A DNA stretch of 64,000 nt from Hypanus sabinus. Its lineage: Eukaryota. The position numbers were made by a program, and so were the translations under genes. The stretch spans positions 37,324,001 through 37,388,000 of the forward strand of contig NC_082709.1 of NCBI RefSeq assembly GCF_030144855.1. Direction: 5' to 3'. The notes beneath the pieces were generated by a model. It was given only the letters and a program-made list of their open reading frames with translations, searched no databases and was not told where the DNA came from. Positions 24,666 to 36,325 of this stretch are shown piece by piece. Position 1 is the stretch's first letter. Each line of letters opens with the position of its first letter.

Positions 24666-27469
24666 TATGGTCACCAACCTTTTTAAAGCCCAAGATCTCC
24701 TACCTCAGCCTTAGTGAAAGGCAAGATCTACCTACTAAATCATTTAGAGAAAAATCAACTCAGATTGTACTTCCAATTTGAGGCCTTTTATTTGGGCTAA
24801 TTGTATTGGAATTACATAAAATGTTTTTGTCAAACTTTCAAATTAGTTCAACCAAGAAAACACTGTAGCTAGCATATCAAACAGGCCATAGCTGTCTTTC
24901 TTTAAGAATATTACAATACTTCATACCTTTAATTCTAAGTTTCATTATTTAATTTTATTCCAACGCAATAAATAAATGAATAAAAATTGACTGTTGTACT
25001 CAGTGTGATGACTGTGGCTGAATACTTTCTGCTGGTTCCTTGAAATTTGGCTCATAACTACAGACAGCCAGTCTGAGACAGTCTGTGAGGTGTCTGTCAG
25101 TAAGACAGCTCCTGTACACAGATTTAATAATTTTCATCTGTGAAAATGCAATTTTACACAGATAAGTTGACCCGGAGTAGGCAAAGACTTTTAGTGCAGA
25201 TGTGGTGAGATGAGGAAGCTTCTCCCTGCTGACGAGCCCCCAAAAGTCACCGTCCCTTCATCCTGCTTTAAGCTTGATGTCATTTTGCAAATCAATTATT
25301 TCCATTTCAATATCACTTGGCACACTAAATACTTGTTGGAATTTGGCTGCTGTCTGTTCTATATTGATCGGCAGAAATGGGTTTGAAATAAATGCGGCAA
25401 TATCTTTCATGATGTTTAACTCCCCAAAACACTGATCGAACTCTATTGCCAGTTTGTCTAGGTAAGCACGGTACTGCTCAGGGCGAAAAGCATTTTTTGC
25501 CTTGATGGCCTGTAACATTTTCTCCAAGTTGGGAAAGTGTGTCAGCCTCCCATTCTTTAAACTTGAAATCCAAACACCAAGCTTGGCCTTAAACGCATTT
25601 ACAGCGCTTATCGTGTGGGGCAGGTGTCGGTCTTTTCCCATGAGCTCATTGTTAAGTGTGTTTAATTTAGCCATTAGGTCTGTCAGAAACCCTAAATCCA
25701 GTAGCCACACATCATCTGCCAGTTCCTCGTGCTCCTCATTTCTTGTCAACAGAAAAGTCTTTATCTCAGGCAGCAAGTCAACAAATCATTGCAGCACTTT
25801 GCCACTCAGCCACTGAACATCAGCATGAAGAATTATGTCTCCGTAAGTGGCATCGAGCTCATCCAATAACGCCTTGAATAAGCGGTGCTGAAGCGTTTTT
25901 GCTCAAATCAAGTTCATCAGTTTGACCACCAGTGTCATTACATGAGGAAAGTCCACGACCTCCCCAGCCAAGGCCTGCTGATGAATCACACAGTGGTAAT
26001 CCAGGAAGTTAGGAAAATCTGGGTCATTACGGCACAATGCTATAAAACCAACATACACACCATGCATTGCAGGGGCCCGATCAGTAGTATTTGCCACCAG
26101 TTAATGAATGGGGATGTCACGTTCACGGACATATTTTTTAAACTTATTGTAAATGTTCTCTCCTTTAAGTGCAAAAGAGTGAGGAAGTCCTCCTTTGTTG
26201 TAAAAGCATGGAAACCCATTCTGACAAATACAACAAGCTGAGCTGTTTGCATTACGTCCAGGGATTCATCAAACTGTACTGAAAAATATTCGAGTGACAA
26301 GTCCTTTAACACTTGTTGATCCACATTCTCTGACAGTGACTCCACCCTCCTTGTCACTGTTGCAGGGCCAAGTGGTTTATTATGTATTGTGGTTTGATGT
26401 CATTTTTGTTTTTAAAGTCATTAAAAACAGTCTCTGCGGTAATGGCCATTGCTTCCTTGAATAAATCGCCATCTGTAAAAGGCTTCTTGTGTTTAGCCAA
26501 AAAGTGATTTACATGAAATGATGATTCAATAGCAGCCTTATTTTCAAGCAGCATGTTTTGTGATTCCCCAATTTCAGTTCATCAACTTCCCTTGCATGGA
26601 TTGCACTCTTTGGGGGGCAGGTGTCTTTAAATTTCTGGTGGTTAGTGTTGTGGTGCTGCTCCAGATTCCCTCTTGTAGTCAGTGTTTGTGTTTGGTGGCA
26701 CAACATGAATACACATTTGTCTTTCACCAAGGGAAATAGAAAATCCTCTTCCCATTCTGGATGGGATTTGTATGTTTTTGCCTTCTTTCATGGAGCCTCC
26801 GCCATACTAGCTAGCTACCTTGCAGGATATCACCAGCGAGTGCCGTATATTGATGTTTGTGATGGTCTGTACTCTAATCTAGCTGGTCACTGATGCAGCA
26901 CAAGCTACGCTGAAAAAATACAACAGTCACATGATGTCAGCACACATGTGACACACGACGCTGGACTGCAGAAAAAGAGAAGCTCAATAACCAGGGAAAG
27001 CAACTAAGTGTGGGTTAAAAACAACTTGCACATGCGCTCTAGGGGTAAAATTTGCTTTTGCATCAAAAGGTTTATCAGGCATAATGTATTTGCAGTAACT
27101 TCTACTTTGAAAAAGGGCCACTCGACAACCTCGTGCCCAAAGGAACAACTTTATCTGGGATGGCAAAACCAATAATTAATATACAGAGGTTTTCACTGAA
27201 CCACAGTGCATGGCGGAGGGGCTGTACACACATGCAAACCGGGCAGAAAGAACGGAAATAAAACACTGCAATCCCGGAAACAACTTCTTTCACAAACAGC
27301 TTTCCATAGCAGGAGTATTGCTATATTACCATTATCCTAATCAGTATTACTTATTTTTATAATGCTCACATTACAACAGTATTTGTGTATTTTTCTTTTT
27401 TTGGGGGATCTACTGGAAAAGTCCCAAAGATCATCCGGTCGATCACGATCGACTGGTTGTCAACCACTA
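24666..27469 (-). mobile_element. hAT DNA transposon (Charlie/Buster, GTF2IRD2-like transposase)
   Basis: Perfect 8-bp TSD TCCTATAC at 24658-24665 and 27470-27477. Imperfect TIRs TATGGTCACCAACC and GGTTGTCAACCACTA. Confidence 0.93.
25000..26805 (-). pseudogene. Frameshifted hAT transposase
   Basis: Runs from MAEAP...HPEWEE through KHKKPFTDG, FSVQFDES, TTDRAPAM, HCVIHQQAL and WLLDLGFLTD to IQPQSSH*. Split over more than five ORF pieces. Confidence 0.9.
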
Positions 27470-27767
27470 TCCTATACAGTACTTCAATCACCTTAAAATT
27501 GTGTTCCTTTCTGTTAGCTGTAATCATCTCTGGCTATCTACCCTCTTCCTTTTATCATCTTTTGCACCTCTATTAAGTCGCCACTCAACCTTCTTTGTTT
27601 CAAAGAGAAAAGCTCCAGCTTGCTCAGCCTATCCTCATAAGACATGCTCCCTAGTCCAGGCAGCACCCTGGTGACCTGCTTTGCACCCACTCCAAAGCTT
27701 CCACATCCTTCCTATAATGAGATGCCTAGAACTAAGCCCAAAACTCCAAGAGTGGTGTAACCACTCT

Positions 27768-28707
27768 TGTTATGAGTGATAGACAGACCTGATGGACAAT
27801 GGGGTGCAGAGTTAACCATTCCCAAACCTTCCCCCCCCCCCGAGAACTACGAACTATTGCTGTTACTATGCTGCTCATGAGAGACAGAAAGATAAAGCCC
27901 AGGCAAGAACATTTGCTACAGATAAGATTGGGAGAGAAACTGTTGGTTTACTGTATTATGACTCTTCCTGGATTATTTACCTTCCACTACAAGGACTTTG
28001 CTCGTTAACATTCCTCAGGAGATAGCAGGAGTGGCCTGATTTGATGGACTCGGTCATTCAGAGTTGATGGATAGCTGAGACTCCGTGAGTGGGGATAAAA
28101 GACAGGTCTGGAGAGACACCCTTCAGACACACCAGTGGACACTGACTGAGTGCTGGGAACCCACAGAAAGGTGGGGGCTTCGGAGACCGAATCAGGAGAT
28201 CGGTCAGTAAAGCTCACAGTGTTACAGCAGGGCCGGTGGGGACTTGTGTGTGTGTCCACTCATGCCAGAGTGATGAGTCCACCACAGAAGAATGGTCTAG
28301 CTGAAGACCTGAAGGGTCATAACTGAATGGCCACAACGATATGACGGATTAAAAAAGCTACAAAAGGTTTGTCTGCTGCAGCTGTTGCTGTTACATCTCG
28401 CTCTCTCTCTCTCTCCCCAACGATTTCAATACAACAACCATGACTACATCAGCATTTATGAACTGAACTCTAAACTTTCCTATGACAATTCATTTACCCC
28501 TAGACATCAATAGAGCTTGTTTATTATTGATTATTATTATTCCTACACTTTTAGGTTTATTACTGCTAACTTGTTTTATATGTATATTTGCATTTTTGAT
28601 ACTGTATTGTGTAGTTTACTAATAAACACCTTTAGTTTGGTACCACCAGACTCCAACAGATTCTTCTTTCTCTGCTGGTCAGACACCCAGTTACGGGGTA
28701 CGTAACA
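27768..28707 (+). mobile_element. Solo LTR (Gypsy/ERV-like), 940 bp
   Basis: Inverted termini TGTTATG...CGTAACA, a GATAAAA TATA-like box near 28094 and AATAAA at 28621. TSD not clean. Confidence 0.8.
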
Positions 28708-29419
28708 CTTAATAATGAAGGCCAACACATCTATGAACATGGAACCTAAGATCCCTCTGTTCCTGCACGGTCATGAATCCTGCCATTAAACCTGTAATCT
28801 AACTTCAAATCCGACCTTCCAAAATTATCATCAGCTAATTTTGTGCAGTAAATTTTCAGTTAATTTGAGCATTATTTTTATTAGGAAATTTATTTAATAT
28901 AAGCACTCCAGAATCAAGTAGAGAAGAATCAAAGTTTTAAATTTTTTCAGATTTCCAATGGAATCTAACATTTTGTCACCTCTCGCTGGCAACAGTTGCC
29001 TGTTTTTCTCCTAAATATTGTTAAGTGTCTTGTTCTCATTTCAGTTAGTGTAAAGAGTGAATTATTGACAGATGAGAGCACCACTTAATAATAACGTTAA
29101 ATCCTGAATGAAACTGCAAAAATAAAATTAATACCATATTGCTTTCACCGTTCATTGAAGCTATCACTTACGTGGTCATGCTGTATTTGAGAATTAGCTG
29201 AAGAAATTATCTTAAAACTATTTAATAATTACAGAGCAAATAGTTTAACTTAGGTTGCATGTAGTTTAATGGGTTCAACTACATGGGAAAACATCTGCCT
29301 TCATATAAAAAGGAAAAGTTTAGTCATAAAACATAGGAGCAGAATTAGGCCATTCAGCCAATCAAATCCACTCTGCCATTTCATCCAGCAGAGGAACCAT
29401 CCTTTCCACATCCATCTTA

Positions 29420-29860
29420 TTGATTCACCTGAGAGTCTGTTGGGGTCATATACCTGTGTTCTGTGCTCCTGGTGTGGCCTCCTGTATATCGATGATGCCA
29501 GACGTAGATGAGGAGACTGCATCGCCAAACATCTATGCTCCATCTGCCAGAAGAAGCAGGATCTCCCATTTTAATTCCACTTCCCATTCCTAATCTGATA
29601 TGTCAATCCATGGCCTCCTCTACTATCATGATGGGGCCACTTTCAGGTTGGAGGAACAACATGTACAGTTGACGTATCAGGCCGACATCCTGACGAAGGG
29701 TCTCGGTCCAAAACGTCGACTGTATTTCTTCCTATAGATGCTGCCTGGCCTGCTGTGTTCCACCAGCATTTTGTGTGTGTTCCAAGACGATGACTAGACT
29801 TTTCCATAGATGCTGCCTGCCTGGCCTACTGAGTTCCTCCAGTAATTTATGTGTGTTGCC
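29420..29860 (+). mobile_element. Penelope-like element fragment: GIY-YIG endonuclease remnant plus hammerhead-like tail
   Basis: Decayed FTxESVGVIY/CSWCGLLYIDDARRR motif (GIY-YIG with CxxC), then CTGACGAAGGGTCTCGGTCCAAAACGTC at 29690. Confidence 0.75.
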
Positions 29861-29869
29861 AACAGCATA

Positions 29870-31020
29870 GTTTTGTTTAGGGAGTGGTTGACGAAAGCCG
29901 TGCATTTGATGTGATCTATGCAGGCATTTGCAAAACTATTAATATGGATCCAAGTGGCAGCCTGAACAAAAAAGTAAAAGCTTAATGGAATCCAAGACCG
30001 ACTAGCTCAAACTGCTAGAGAAATGTAGCAGGCCAGCCAACATCTGTGAAGGGAAACTGGTGGTCCACATTTTGGGTTGAAACTCTTCATGTGGATATTT
30101 CCATCTACAAATGCTGCCTGGCCTGCTGAGTTTCTTCAGCAGTTTGTTTTTTGCACCAGGTTCCAACTTGTGCGGTCCGTCGTGTACACATTGTTCAGCA
30201 CAGGAAATAACGTGCAGTGGTTGCTGTATGTTTTTCTGATTGGAAAGTTTTTTGCTTGAAGGTATTAATATGGTTCCTTAGTTGCAAAGTTGAATTTTTT
30301 GATGTATTTTAATTACTGAACTTTGAGTTTGAGGTGACACAAAAATTGGTGTAGTGGTTAACATTGAAGGGGAGTGATGCAGGATGTTGTAGAAGGTCTG
30401 ATCTCTGTAGCAGATAAATGACAAGTGGAATAGATTCTGGGGAATTGTGAGGTAATGCATTTGTTGAGTAACAATACAACAGAACATATAATGAATGGAA
30501 GTATATTAAATAGGGTAGAAGAACAATGGGACCTTGGGGTGTACAGATAAATAAGGTCATTAGGAAAGCCTAAGTGATGCTTCTAATATAAGATAAAGGA
30601 AACTATGGATGAACTAATTGGACCACATGGAAAATGCACGCACAACCTGACAACAGATGACAGGAATGAAGGAGTATTCTAGAGAAGATGCAAAGAGCAT
30701 TTTCAAAAGTGGAAAGTACTGGAAGATTGTAGCTGTGAGGAAAGACTGGATAAGAAGAGGATGAAGAATGAAATAATTAAGGTATAGACATTATGTGGGG
30801 ATTGAAAAGAATAAATAAGAAATGGCCATTTCCTTTAGCAGAAGGTTCAGAAATCTAGAAGGAATAGAGGGAACATGAGGAAACGTGGAGAGTGGTCAGT
30901 ATCTGGAATTTGCTGCATGAAAGGATGGCAGAAGCAGAAACTCCTGTCCTACTTCAAAAGGGCATCTAAAACCATAAATTTGGTGCTGTGATGTACGCAA
31001 GTGGACTGACCCCAGTATGT
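29870..31020 (+). mobile_element. Old CR1 remnant containing a Penelope hairpin fragment (about 30005-30170)
   Basis: gaggtgacacaaaaattggtg (ADDTKIG-like) plus downstream CR1 landmarks. Confidence 0.6.
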
Positions 31021-31964
31021 TACTATAAATGATAAAAGTTATAATTGTGAAGGAAATCTCACAACATTTGTGTTTTGTTTGAATGTTGTAAGACTATTTT
31101 GTAAGATTAGCCCATCTTGGATTTTTTGATTATTTAACCCTTAGGTTTATTTGGAACCTACATTTAGTCACTGATGTTAAACTAATATGAAGCATGTTGG
31201 CCATCAATAAGGCAAAAGGTTGTTTGATTTACTGAAATGATTGGCTTAGAGGGATTGGTTGCCCTCTGTTATGGAGCAAAGAATTACTCACACATACCCA
31301 TTCTCAGGTAAAACAGACACACACTTATTTGATTAATCTTACACTTCAAGGAAAGTATTCATTTAGAAAGACAAAGTTTGATCAAGGGCACTGTGAATTT
31401 GTTCAGGATTGGAACAATTTTATGAGGAGCTAGCAAAGAGAGTGAAAGGTCTAGCTTGTTGATGTGATGTACTTGGACATAGCCGGGCTTTTGACATGGC
31501 AGGCTGGTCAAAAATATAAACACCTATGTGGCAGACTGGCATGTTCAATCTCAAATTTTTCAGTGGCAGGGAATGGAAATTAGCAGTGGCTGAATATTTT
31601 TGTGATGAGAATGTGTTGTTTCTAATGGACTCAAAACTCACTCCTTTCTACTTCATTATTTAGTATTAGGTATAGGAAACATGACAAAAAAAATTTGTGA
31701 CTGACAGAAGTAAAGATAGTCTGCTCTGTTGAAAGAAATCTGCCAAATTGTATGGCACTCGATATTGTTATTCATGTTTAGAAATTAGATAATTTCAGCT
31801 ATCTCTCAGAAGGTCCTAGGGTGACACAACACTTATTGTATGTACATGAAGACCCCTATGTCAGGAGGCTCGTGGAATTATTATTTCTTTATTCCAGCCA
31901 ATTGTCTCTAATTCATATACAGGTCTGTGGGATGTAACTTCATAGACTTAGTGAAAATGACTAC

Positions 31965-32730
31965 ATCAGTTCCCATCTATGTTGACTTAAGTAATCCCTT
32001 GAAATCGAGGATGACTTCCACTCCATTTTTCTGGGTGCTGAAGTGACTAATGAGGCCAATATGTGAACTGCAGACTTCCACAGACAGGGCAAGAGATGCC
32101 TTACATGTTTGGCTGGTGAATGGTTTACTACGTCCATCACATAAGCATAATGTTGCATTTCTTCAAAGAGATACTGAGGCACATTCATGAATCTTTTCCT
32201 CTGTCCACTGCTGGTCTTTTCCTAAGACAGAGTTCAGAACAAGGTATCAGTTACAATATTCTCGTCTAATATCTGTAACGTGATCATCTGCCCAACTCGG
32301 CATGATTCGGATCTATACATTGGTGATGTTGGCATGGAAGAGAAGACTGAGTTCACTTATCCTTCCAGTGAATTGAGAGTTTTACAGAAACAGGATTGCT
32401 GGTATTTTTCAAGTGCTTTGAGATGACTCCAGTTCGCCAAAACATGTAGAAAAATAGGCATCACTGCTGTTTACTAAGCCGTCAGTTTTACGCAAGATTT
32501 ATCTTCAAATCCCTTCTCCTCACTTAACCAAAGGCTGGGCTAGCATTTCAAAGGTGGTGATAAATTTCATCATTAATGTTTGTCTCTGCTGAGAGATGGC
32601 AGGTTGGTAGAGGGCCTTTGTCTTGTTGAAGTATAGTGCAAGACCACTATCTTATTTGCTTCAGTGATGGTGTTGATTACTTTTAGCTCTGCCTCTGAGT
32701 GTGGGCAAATGCAAGGGCTTAACTACTCAT
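31965..32730 (-). mobile_element. Decayed RTE-like LINE fragment
   Basis: 3' tail taatcccttgaaatcgaggatgacttcc. The minus strand contains LYFNKTKALYQP (LNxxKTKV-like) and DINDEIYHHL-type RT C-terminal remnants. Confidence 0.5.
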
Positions 32731-32959
32731 ACACAGATGGATTTGCCTCTTTGCTGCATGATTAGTACTCATTGACTTTGCTGCCAAAATCGGACACTGG
32801 AAAAACAAACAAGCAGAAAGTTATTTTGTTGAGCTGTGTGAAATCTTGGCTGATAGTTGAGCAGCTAAGTTACTTCATCTCTACACAAGAATTGTGGAAT
32901 TATTGTTAGCAAAACACCCTGAATTTAATAGTTTTAAGTGCTGATGGAGTCAAATCATG

Positions 32960-33330
32960 TTTAAGATGGTGCTACAGAAAGTGCGCAACAGCTTACTGGT
33001 AGATCAAAAGCGAAGAGGTTCGACTAAAAACATTACTTATAATATCTTTCACCCCAACCACAATCTATTCCAGCTGCTACCATCTGGGAAACAATACCGC
33101 AGCATAAAAGCCAGGATCAACAGGCTCCTGGACAGCTTCTTCCACCAGGCCATCAGACTGATTAGCTCACGCTGATTTGAGTGTATTTCTATGTCGCATT
33201 GACTGTTCTATTTATTATATACTATTATAAATTACTATGATTGCACATTGCACCTTTAGACGGAAACCTAACGTAAAGATTTTTACTCCTCGTGTATGTG
33301 AAGGATGTAGGAAATAAAGTCAATTCAGTC
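32960..33330 (+). mobile_element. Rex1-like deletion derivative (5' end joined to 3' end)
   Basis: Starts aagatgg, encodes HPNHNLFQLLPSGKQYRSIKARINRLLDSFFHQAIRL, and ends aataaagtcaattca. Confidence 0.7.
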
Positions 33331-35139
33331 CCATCCTATTCTGAAGTAAATTGTGGTGAACTATCAATGCAAACCATGAGGAGGCAAGGCTGGTTTAGGG
33401 GATGAGCCTTGCTGGGGCATGGCAAGGTGCAATGTGTGTGAGCCGGGATCACAGATAGAGTTTATTTCACCGTTGGAGATAAAGTGAGTGAGTGAGAGAA
33501 GTGGCTTGCTGAGCTGAGATTGAAGCTTGGGCTCTTGGAGGGAATCTGGGACTCAGTCTGGTTCAGAAACCCGTTGGCTTACTTCTGTTGTCTGCATGAT
33601 TTGTGATTTTTTTTTTCTCTCTTTCCCTGCACATTTGTTTATGTTCTTTCATTATTTTTAAATTGGGTTATCCTGGTTTCTTTCTTTGTGGCTGCCTGTA
33701 AGCAAATAGATTTCAAGGTGTGTAATTTATACATTCTTTGATAATGCATGTACTTTGAATCTTTGAATAACTCACTCAGCAGAAAACAATAATAGCTGGG
33801 ATTGAATTAGGAGATAAATGATCTCTTTTTAAGCAAGTCAATATTCCCTCTCATTTTAAAGCACTATAAGTAACATTCTTAATGAAAGGCTGTTGTATCT
33901 TTCCTTTATCTCTGAAGTCCTGGTGAAATTCTGAGCTAGATAGTTCTGCCATTATTCAGATCCACAGAAAGACTGATGTACCAACTAAATATGCCAGGGA
34001 AATGTGATGTGGTAATTAAAAATACAACAAATTGTTTACAGGTATCCTAAGCTATACTGGAAAACCTTTTGTCAGATTAAAATGGGACATGGAATTTTTA
34101 TTTTGCTGTGTTATAGTCTTTCTGATTTGTGTTTAATATATATTTCAATAAAATAGTAGTTTAAGTTCAAAGTGAATTTATTATCCAAGTAAATATATGT
34201 CACTATATACTACCTTGAGATTCATTTTTCTTGTGGGTGTTCACAGAAGATACAAAGTAGCAATAGGATCAATGGTAAACTACAAACAAAAAAAAAGGAC
34301 AAGCAACCAATCAACTTCAAGTTCAAGTCGCCTTTTATTGTTATTTTGACCATAACTGCTGGTACAGTACACAGTAAAAAAAAGAGACAACATTTTTCAG
34401 GACCATGGTGCTACATGAACAATACAAAAACTACACTGAACTACGTAAACCAACATAAAAACTACACTAGACTACAGACCTGCCCAGGACTTCATAAAGT
34501 ACGCAGAACAGTGCAGGCATTACAATAAATAATAAAGAAGACAATAGGCACGGCAGAGGGCAGTAGGTTGGTAGTCCGATTACTTCGGGGAAAATCTGTT
34601 AAATAAATAAATGGCTCAGTGGCGACATCTGGGATTCCGTCTGTTTCTGTACTCCCGCCGAGTCCATTGGAGAGCATATTAGACGGGAGAGCCGGCCGGC
34701 TAGGGCTTGCCTTTTTCCTGACATGGACTCCTGCCCGCTCGCCTCACTTCTGCTTCCTCGCACACCCCTTATGACGTCCCCACCTCCGGCCACTGGCATC
34801 AGGCGACTCCGAGGACTGCAGGCCCGATTCCCTCAGGGATCAGATCCCCTCAGCAATCTGTAAAAGAAGACAAACTGTGTAAATATCTAAAAAGAAATAA
34901 GTAATAAATGATATTGTGGACATGAGGTAACAAGTCTCTGAAAGTGAATACATAGGTTGTGGATTCAGTTCGATGTTGAGGTAATTGAAGTTATCAACGT
35001 TGGTTCAGGAGCCAGTACTGTAAGCGTATCGTTTTTTTTGTAAGCTGTAATATTTGAATATGTGTGAATATTTTAGTAAACTTTGTAACCTGTCACATAG
35101 AAATGAGAACACATAGAAACTTTTGTATGTTTCAGAAAG

Positions 35140-36325
35140 TTCAGAATCAGATTTAATATCACTGGCATATGTCGTGAAATTTGATAACTTAGTGGCAGCA
35201 GTACCATGGAATACATGATAATATGGGAAAAAATGATTAAATCAATTACAGTAAGTTATATGTGCATTTAAAGTAATTAAATTAAAAATAGTACAAAAAC
35301 AGAAATAATAGAAGTGACAAACACGAGGAAATCTGCAGATGCCGGAAATTCAAGCAACACACACAAAATGCATGTGGAACGCGTCCACCCGCATTTTGTG
35401 TGTGTTGCAATAATAAAAGTGAGGTGGTTTTATGGGTTCAGTGTCCATTTAGGAATTGGATGTCAAGGGGAAGAAGATGTTCCTGAATCGCTGAGTGTGT
35501 GCCTTTGTGCTTCTGTACTTCCTTCCTGATGGTAACAATAAGAAGAAGATATGTACTGGGTGTTGGAGGTCCTCAATGAGGCACCTCTCCTTGAAGATGT
35601 CTTGAATATTATGGAGGCTTGTACCCAAGATGGAGCTGATAATTTTACAACTTTCTGTAGCTTCTCTCAATCATGTACAGTTGTTCCACCCCACACTCCC
35701 CCAATACCAGATAGCGATGCAGCCTGTCAGGAAGCTCTCCACGGTACATCTGTAGAAGGTTTCAAGTGTCTTAGGTGACAAACCAAATCTCCTCAAGCTC
35801 CTAGTGAAATACAGCTGCTGTCTTGCCTTGTTTATAGCTGCAGCGATGTGTTGGAGACAGGTGAGATCCGCAGAGATCTTGACATCCAGGAACTTGAAAT
35901 TTCTCATTCTCTCCACTCCTGATCCCTCTGCGAGGATTGGTTTGTGATCCCTTGTCCTACCCTTTCTGAATTCCACAATCAGCTCTTTAGTCTTTACGGA
36001 GTTGAATGCAAGGTTGTTGCTGTGCCTCCACTCAACCAGCTGGTATATGTTGCTCCTGCACACCTTCTGATCTCCATCTGAGATTCTGCCAACAATGGTT
36101 GTATCATCATCAAAATTATAGATGGCATTTCAGCTATGCCTAGCCACACAGCTATAGGTATAGGCAGAGTAGAGCAGTGGGCTAAGCACACATCCCTGAA
36201 GTGTGCCAGTGTTGATCATCAGTGAGGACGAGTTATTAATACCAATCAGCGCAGACTGTGGTCTGCCAGTTAGGAAGTTGAGGATCCAATTGCAGAGGCC
36301 CAGGTTCCATGGCTTATCGATCAAG
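35140..36325 (-). mobile_element. Rex1/Babar-like LINE 3' part
   Basis: LCNWILNFLTGRPQ, GTLQGCVLSPLLYS, KTKELIVEFRK, FYRCTVESFLTGCI, LLPSGRKYRS. Confidence 0.85.
35318..35408. repeat. Collapsed Penelope-derived hairpin insertion
   Basis: 18-bp perfect inverted repeat GCAACACACACAAAATGC / GCATTTTGTGTGTGTTGC. Flanked by AATAATAGAAGTGA and AATAATAAAAGTGA. Confidence 0.75.

Larger units (their letters stand above)
24412..28825 (-). mobile_element. Host CR1 3' fragment split by the hAT element and a solo LTR
   Basis: CR1 3' text is continuous across 24412-24665, 27470-27767 and 28708-28825. Confidence 0.75.

Noticed and set aside
25000-26805. Domesticated GTF2IRD2/EPM2AIP1/ZBED-like gene
   Set aside because: It has many frameshifts and retains TIRs and a TSD, so it is a dead transposon.
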